From Candidatus Bathyarchaeota archaeon (lineage in GTDB: Archaea > Thermoproteota > Bathyarchaeia > Bathyarchaeales > Bathycorpusculaceae): a stretch of 64,000 nt of DNA. Every line of letters begins with the position of its first letter. The stretch's first letter is position 1. The position numbers and the translations under genes are program-made. Under the pieces are notes generated by a model that was not told where the DNA came from, searched no databases, and saw nothing but the letters and a program-made list of their open reading frames with translations. This document shows, piece after piece, positions 60,222-64,000 of the stretch. The stretch is taken from assembly GCA_963832745.1 (NCBI GenBank), contig CAWHVC010000002.1, positions 1 to 64,000 of the forward strand. The letters run 5' to 3'.

Positions 60222-60435
60222 ATGGACCGAAAACTAAAACTTATATCCGACCCCCAACAGGGAACCAAAACCGTTTACGCATCTAAAACGTTACCAGTCA
60301 TAAAAAGCAAGCGTGGCAAATACTACCTATCTATGTGGCAATTGTGGAGCAAAGATAGGCGAGACTATCGTCGAAGGAAAATTCAAGAACGTTGTATTAA
60401 AGTGTCCAACCTGCAACCTCTACAACGAAGTATAA
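60222..60435 (+). pseudogene. Small Zn-ribbon protein with +1 frameshift near 60304-60320
   Basis: MDRKLKLISDPQQGTKTV..VIKSKRG then, in the +1 frame, NTTYLCGNCGAKIGE..VLKCPTCNLYNEV* (two CxxC). Confidence 0.65.
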
Positions 60436-60809
60436 TTTGGTGAGTTTTCTGCTCAAGTAACGGAAACTTGAAAACCACTGCTTGGAATGTAGAATATTCT
60501 ACTTTTCCATCTTTATGCGTTTTCGCTCTTAAACGCTTAATTTTATTTTTAGCCATTCGTTATCTAACGTGACAGACAAAAAACAGTTAACAGGCTTAAT
60601 CAGGGGCTACCTATTTTGTGTAGATTGGTGCAGGGCTGGGGTTCTAAAGGGTATGGCTAATCAAGAAAGGCTTGACTTTCTAAAACGTAACGAGTCACTA
60701 TAGTAAATCGTGTCCTGAAGAGCGAATCAAGAAACAGTTTTACGATACTCAAATTGAAACTGAATAAACAAATGAAAAATAGGGTGAAAGGGGGGCTTTT
60801 TAGTTTGAA

Positions 60810-61016
60810 TTAAAATCCGCTCCCGTCTGATACACCATCACCCGCATTTGGGGCTGGTCCAATACCTGGCGTATCGGGTTGAATGTATTGGTTGCCGCTT
60901 GGAATGCCGTCACCTGAATCAGGTGCTGGTCCAACGGCGGTGCTAGCTACTGCGATTCCAGAAAGCACTGTTAAAGACAATATTGCAACAATAACTAAAG
61001 CGCTAATCAACTTCAT
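60810..61016 (-). CDS. Small secreted Gly/Pro/Asp-rich peptide with internal repeat
   Basis: Signal peptide; GPAPDSGDGIPSG and GPAPNAGDGVSDGSGF; GGTGGTGA RBS. Confidence 0.75.
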   Translation of the reverse strand: MKLISALVIVAILSLTVLSGIAVASTAVGPAPDSGDGIPSGNQYIQPDTPGIGPAPNAGDGVSDGSGF

Positions 61017-61285
61017 GCTTTTTCACCACCTATGGAACAATAAAGTTGCTATCAAAAATAAGGATAACTTTGAAACGAGCGTTTCAAGATTTTTAATTTA
61101 ATGGATAAAGACAATGTGTTTCTCGTTTGTTTTGTGTGTGCATTTCGTTGTTTCAAATAAGTGGTATTAAATTTTTTTAGAACGATTTTTGTACTTTAAC
61201 GGGCACAGCACTAATTATCTATTAAATTCTTTGTTGGTAAAGTCTTATATCAAGAAGCTAACAATCAAGTAAACAAGGGATTGGC

Positions 61286-62563
61286 TTGAAGGCTAAATTG
61301 GTTGTAGCTCTTGTTGTTGCCGTGTTTGTTATTAGTTCAGTTATGGCGGTTTCGGCTGAGACTAAGACAAGTGTTTGGAGAGAAGAAATGAATTACCAAA
61401 GCCTTAACCAACTTGAAGCGGGAGGCTGGACTGTTACTCATGAGGCTGGTGTTAGCTTCTCTGGCAGCGTAATAGTTTTAGATGGCACCTCACAGGATAC
61501 TTCTATCCACTACGCCCAAATTTCCTCAGGAATCTCAAACTGGAAAGTTGAAGATAAAAGCAGATGGACTCTGGGTAGCCACTGCGGAAACAGCATAACC
61601 GCAGTAACCGACAAACATTCCTACGCTTTTGCGGCTGATGGCTGGTATGGCAACTATGCATTCTATCGAGATGGACAAAAAACAACCTTTGGCAGCTACC
61701 AAGAAAACAAGAACGCATGGTTCACGCTGGCAATAGAAAAGCAAGGTAACCAGATCAACATGTACTATAACGGGGAAATAAAGAGCACTTACACGGAAAC
61801 AGATACTTCAACTTCTCAACTAATCAGAGTAGACGCAGTTTCACCTTGGAAGGGCGGCTCGGAATACGATTATTTTGAGGTCTGGCAAATTGGAGATGTT
61901 AGCACTCAAGAGGCACAGGAGTCGCTTCTAAGTAACCCGATAGTTATCGGCGGAATAGTTGGAGCGGTTGGTGTTGGTGTTGTTGGTGTATTGTATTTCT
62001 TTGTGTTCGGTGGTGCTGGAGGCGCGGCGTCGGGTAGTGCTGGAGCATCTGGCTCATCTGTCGGCGGTTCAGGTGGCGGTGGAGGCTCAGGTAGTGGTGG
62101 CGAAGAAAATCCTATGCTGCACCCAACCGGGGGCGGTACACTTGTTCACCCGTCCAGTAACGGTTCTAGCACTTTGCAAAGCAGTGTTCCAAGTACCTTA
62201 CAGAGTACTCAAGCAAGCACATTAAATGAGGTAGCTATGAATGACACAAGTGGAATACCAACAAAATTTACACACGACGAATTATATAATGGCATAAATA
62301 GTCCAGGTGGTGCAGTGACAGCGAATTCAGACTCACAAGCCACTATGAATCAACAAAATAGCCAACAATTTGAGCAAAATGCCGCGAATGCAGATAGGTT
62401 AAGACTCAACCAGCAATTACAGGATCAAATAAATAAGCCGCAACAACAAATTCAACAAAACAAAATTAACACCCAAAATAAGATTCATCAGCAAACAGAT
62501 CAGCTTCTTCAGGGTTCAAGCGGTGAAGTAGCCGATAGTGGTGGTTCAGGCGGCGAGAGCTAA
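61286..62563 (+). CDS. Single-pass membrane protein: lectin/ConA-like ectodomain, Gly/Ser linker, Q/N-rich tail
   Basis: Signal peptide; WFTLAIEKQGNQINMYYNG..EYDYFEVW; TM; GGSGGGGGSG; Gln/Asn-rich C-terminus. Confidence 0.75.
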   Translation: MKAKLVVALVVAVFVISSVMAVSAETKTSVWREEMNYQSLNQLEAGGWTVTHEAGVSFSGSVIVLDGTSQDTSIHYAQISSGISNWKVEDKSRWTLGSHCGNSITAVTDKHSYAFAADGWYGNYAFYRDGQKTTFGSYQENKNAWFTLAIEKQGNQINMYYNGEIKSTYTETDTSTSQLIRVDAVSPWKGGSEYDYFEVWQIGDVSTQEAQESLLSNPIVIGGIVGAVGVGVVGVLYFFVFGGAGGAASGSAGASGSSVGGSGGGGGSGSGGEENPMLHPTGGGTLVHPSSNGSSTLQSSVPSTLQSTQASTLNEVAMNDTSGIPTKFTHDELYNGINSPGGAVTANSDSQATMNQQNSQQFEQNAANADRLRLNQQLQDQINKPQQQIQQNKINTQNKIHQQTDQLLQGSSGEVADSGGSGGES

Positions 62564-62728
62564 AAGGCTCTATGGATTCAATCTATACAACGATTTCCTT
62601 GACTGCGGAAACCTACGCTTATAGAATCTGCATAATTTGTAGACTTACACAAAGATGCCGATAATGTGTTGTTGGTGCAGTGGTCTTCAGTCAAAAAACT
62701 TCCTTAGCTTTTGAAATGGTTCGCTTAT

Positions 62729-64000
62729 TCATTTAATTAGACGTTGCAAGATGATGTGTGCTGCCTTTTTATCTAATGGTTCGTTCCCGTTTCCGCATTT
62801 AGGCGAGTATATGCATGATGGACAACCTTCTTTGCATTCACAGGTTTCAATCAACTTTAACGTTTTTTCTAGTAGCGGTTTTATGTTTGAATATAGGTTT
62901 TCTGAAATACCAATTCCCCCCTCAAAACCATCGTAAATAAAGATTGTTGGTTTTCCTGTGTCCGTATGTTCGGCTGTTGACATTCCGCCTATATCCCATC
63001 GGTCACACATTGCAAACATTGGCGCCATGGCAATAATGGCATGTTCAAGAGCATGCAATCCACCGGCGAAATTCAAGCCTTTATCTTCAATTTCTTCTCT
63101 GATCTGTTCAGGAACAATAATCCACATACCTACCGTTGAGAAAGACGAAGAGGGCAAATCAAGCGTATGTTTTTTGATGATTACATCGTTGGATTTTACT
63201 ACATATGAAGGATAATTTTCAGTGATTGTTAATTCGCCCAAAGCAGTTTTGAGGTCTTTTTGCGTTTCCTCCACTGTTTTCTTGATTGCTACTTCGACGG
63301 CTTTTTGGGTTTCAGTATAATAGTTGGTGCTCTCTTTCCGAACCTTTGCAGTGAAATTGTTGATATTTAGTTCTTCTGAGCGGTAGGTTTCGCCTTGATG
63401 TAGAAGAATTGCTCCCGCATGTGTTTCTTCATAAGCCTTGTTTAAGGGAAGTGTTTCGAGAACATGTCCATTGCATAGTACATTCACTGTTTTTCCGCTA
63501 ATACTTTCAAGATTAACAACCATTGTTGCCCTTTCCAGCCCAGAGTAAGTCCAACCATGAGCAGTTTTTTTCAGAAAGTTTTTTTGCGCAAGGGCTTGAA
63601 CGCTTTCTTTGAAGAGCTCTGGAAAATATTTTTGGTCAGAATCGGTAAGCGGCAACTCGTCAGCTGCACACATAAGGTGGCCTGAAGTAATTTGCCGATT
63701 ATGCAGATTAATTATTGCTTGCTCATGCGGTCTATCAAAGAACTCTTGTGGATGCTTCATAAAATATTGATCAAGAGGATTTTGGAAAGCAACCAAAGTT
63801 ACGGTTGACTCATTTTTGTTTCTACCTGCACGTCCAGCTTGCTGCCACGTAGATATGACTGTCCCCGGGTAACCCGAAATTATCACTGAGTCCAAAGAAC
63901 CTATATCAATACCAAGCTCTAACGCATTTGTAGAAACCAAACCGATTAAGTCCTTGGTTTTTAAACGATTCTCTATGTCACGTCGTTCCTGAGCAAGGTA
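62729..64000 (-). CDS. DEAD/DEAH helicase with DUF1998 (Hrq1/YprA/MrfA-like); 5' end outside the window
   Basis: STNALELGIDIG, QQAGRAGR, GGLHALEH, FIYDG..GGIG, CECKEGCPSC..SPKCGNGN. Confidence 0.93.
   Translation of the reverse strand, partial: YLAQERRDIENRLKTKDLIGLVSTNALELGIDIGSLDSVIISGYPGTVISTWQQAGRAGRNKNESTVTLVAFQNPLDQYFMKHPQEFFDRPHEQAIINLHNRQITSGHLMCAADELPLTDSDQKYFPELFKESVQALAQKNFLKKTAHGWTYSGLERATMVVNLESISGKTVNVLCNGHVLETLPLNKAYEETHAGAILLHQGETYRSEELNINNFTAKVRKESTNYYTETQKAVEVAIKKTVEETQKDLKTALGELTITENYPSYVVKSNDVIIKKHTLDLPSSSFSTVGMWIIVPEQIREEIEDKGLNFAGGLHALEHAIIAMAPMFAMCDRWDIGGMSTAEHTDTGKPTIFIYDGFEGGIGISENLYSNIKPLLEKTLKLIETCECKEGCPSCIYSPKCGNGNEPLDKKAAHIILQRLIK

Noticed and set aside
60605-60660. 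Possible fourth, highly degenerate repeat copy (ACCTATTT..TTGG..AAAGGGTATG)
   Set aside because: Only short scattered matches; not distinguishable from chance without an HMM search
62729-64000. DUF1998 helicase as DISARM DrmAB or another defence system
   Set aside because: Helicase and DUF1998 are fused as in Hrq1/YprA repair helicases; no methylase or Drm partners are visible, though the upstream context is outside the window
1-64000. tRNA, rRNA, riboswitch (including a glmS ribozyme upstream of 21448)
   Set aside because: No cloverleaf or T-loop signatures or GC-rich structured tracts seen; the glmS leader is short and AT-rich. Only tRNAscan/Infernal could exclude them formally

Overview
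Chromosomal segment of an archaeon, most consistent with Bathyarchaeia (TACK). The assignment is an inference from arcadin-1, a TFE-beta/Rpc34-like protein, separate Kae1/Bud32/Cgi121 genes, TrmB regulators and a large PQQ-repeat surface protein. About 80 densely packed genes cover housekeeping and metabolism (fen, EF-1beta, KEOPS, rtcA, trm5, rlmE, glmS, pyrF, nadC, aconitase, proteasome beta, serA cluster), an AbrB/PIN toxin-antitoxin pair, membrane and surface proteins, and a partial DUF1998 helicase at the right edge. I saw no rRNA, tRNA, CRISPR array or transposase. Most notable: (i) a wHTH - type IV pilin - coiled-coil - Roadblock/DPBB - Roadblock gene run with no GTPase; (ii) a ~135-150 bp intergenic element in three dispersed copies with an 11-bp-period internal repeat; (iii) an orphan arcadin-1; (iv) an AMMECR1 gene that appears to start at ATA; (v) several single-base +1 frameshifts that may be assembly errors; (vi) small genes missed by the ORF track (YHS, CdrS-like RHH, Zn-ribbon). 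All family calls come from motif recognition by eye; no database searches were run.
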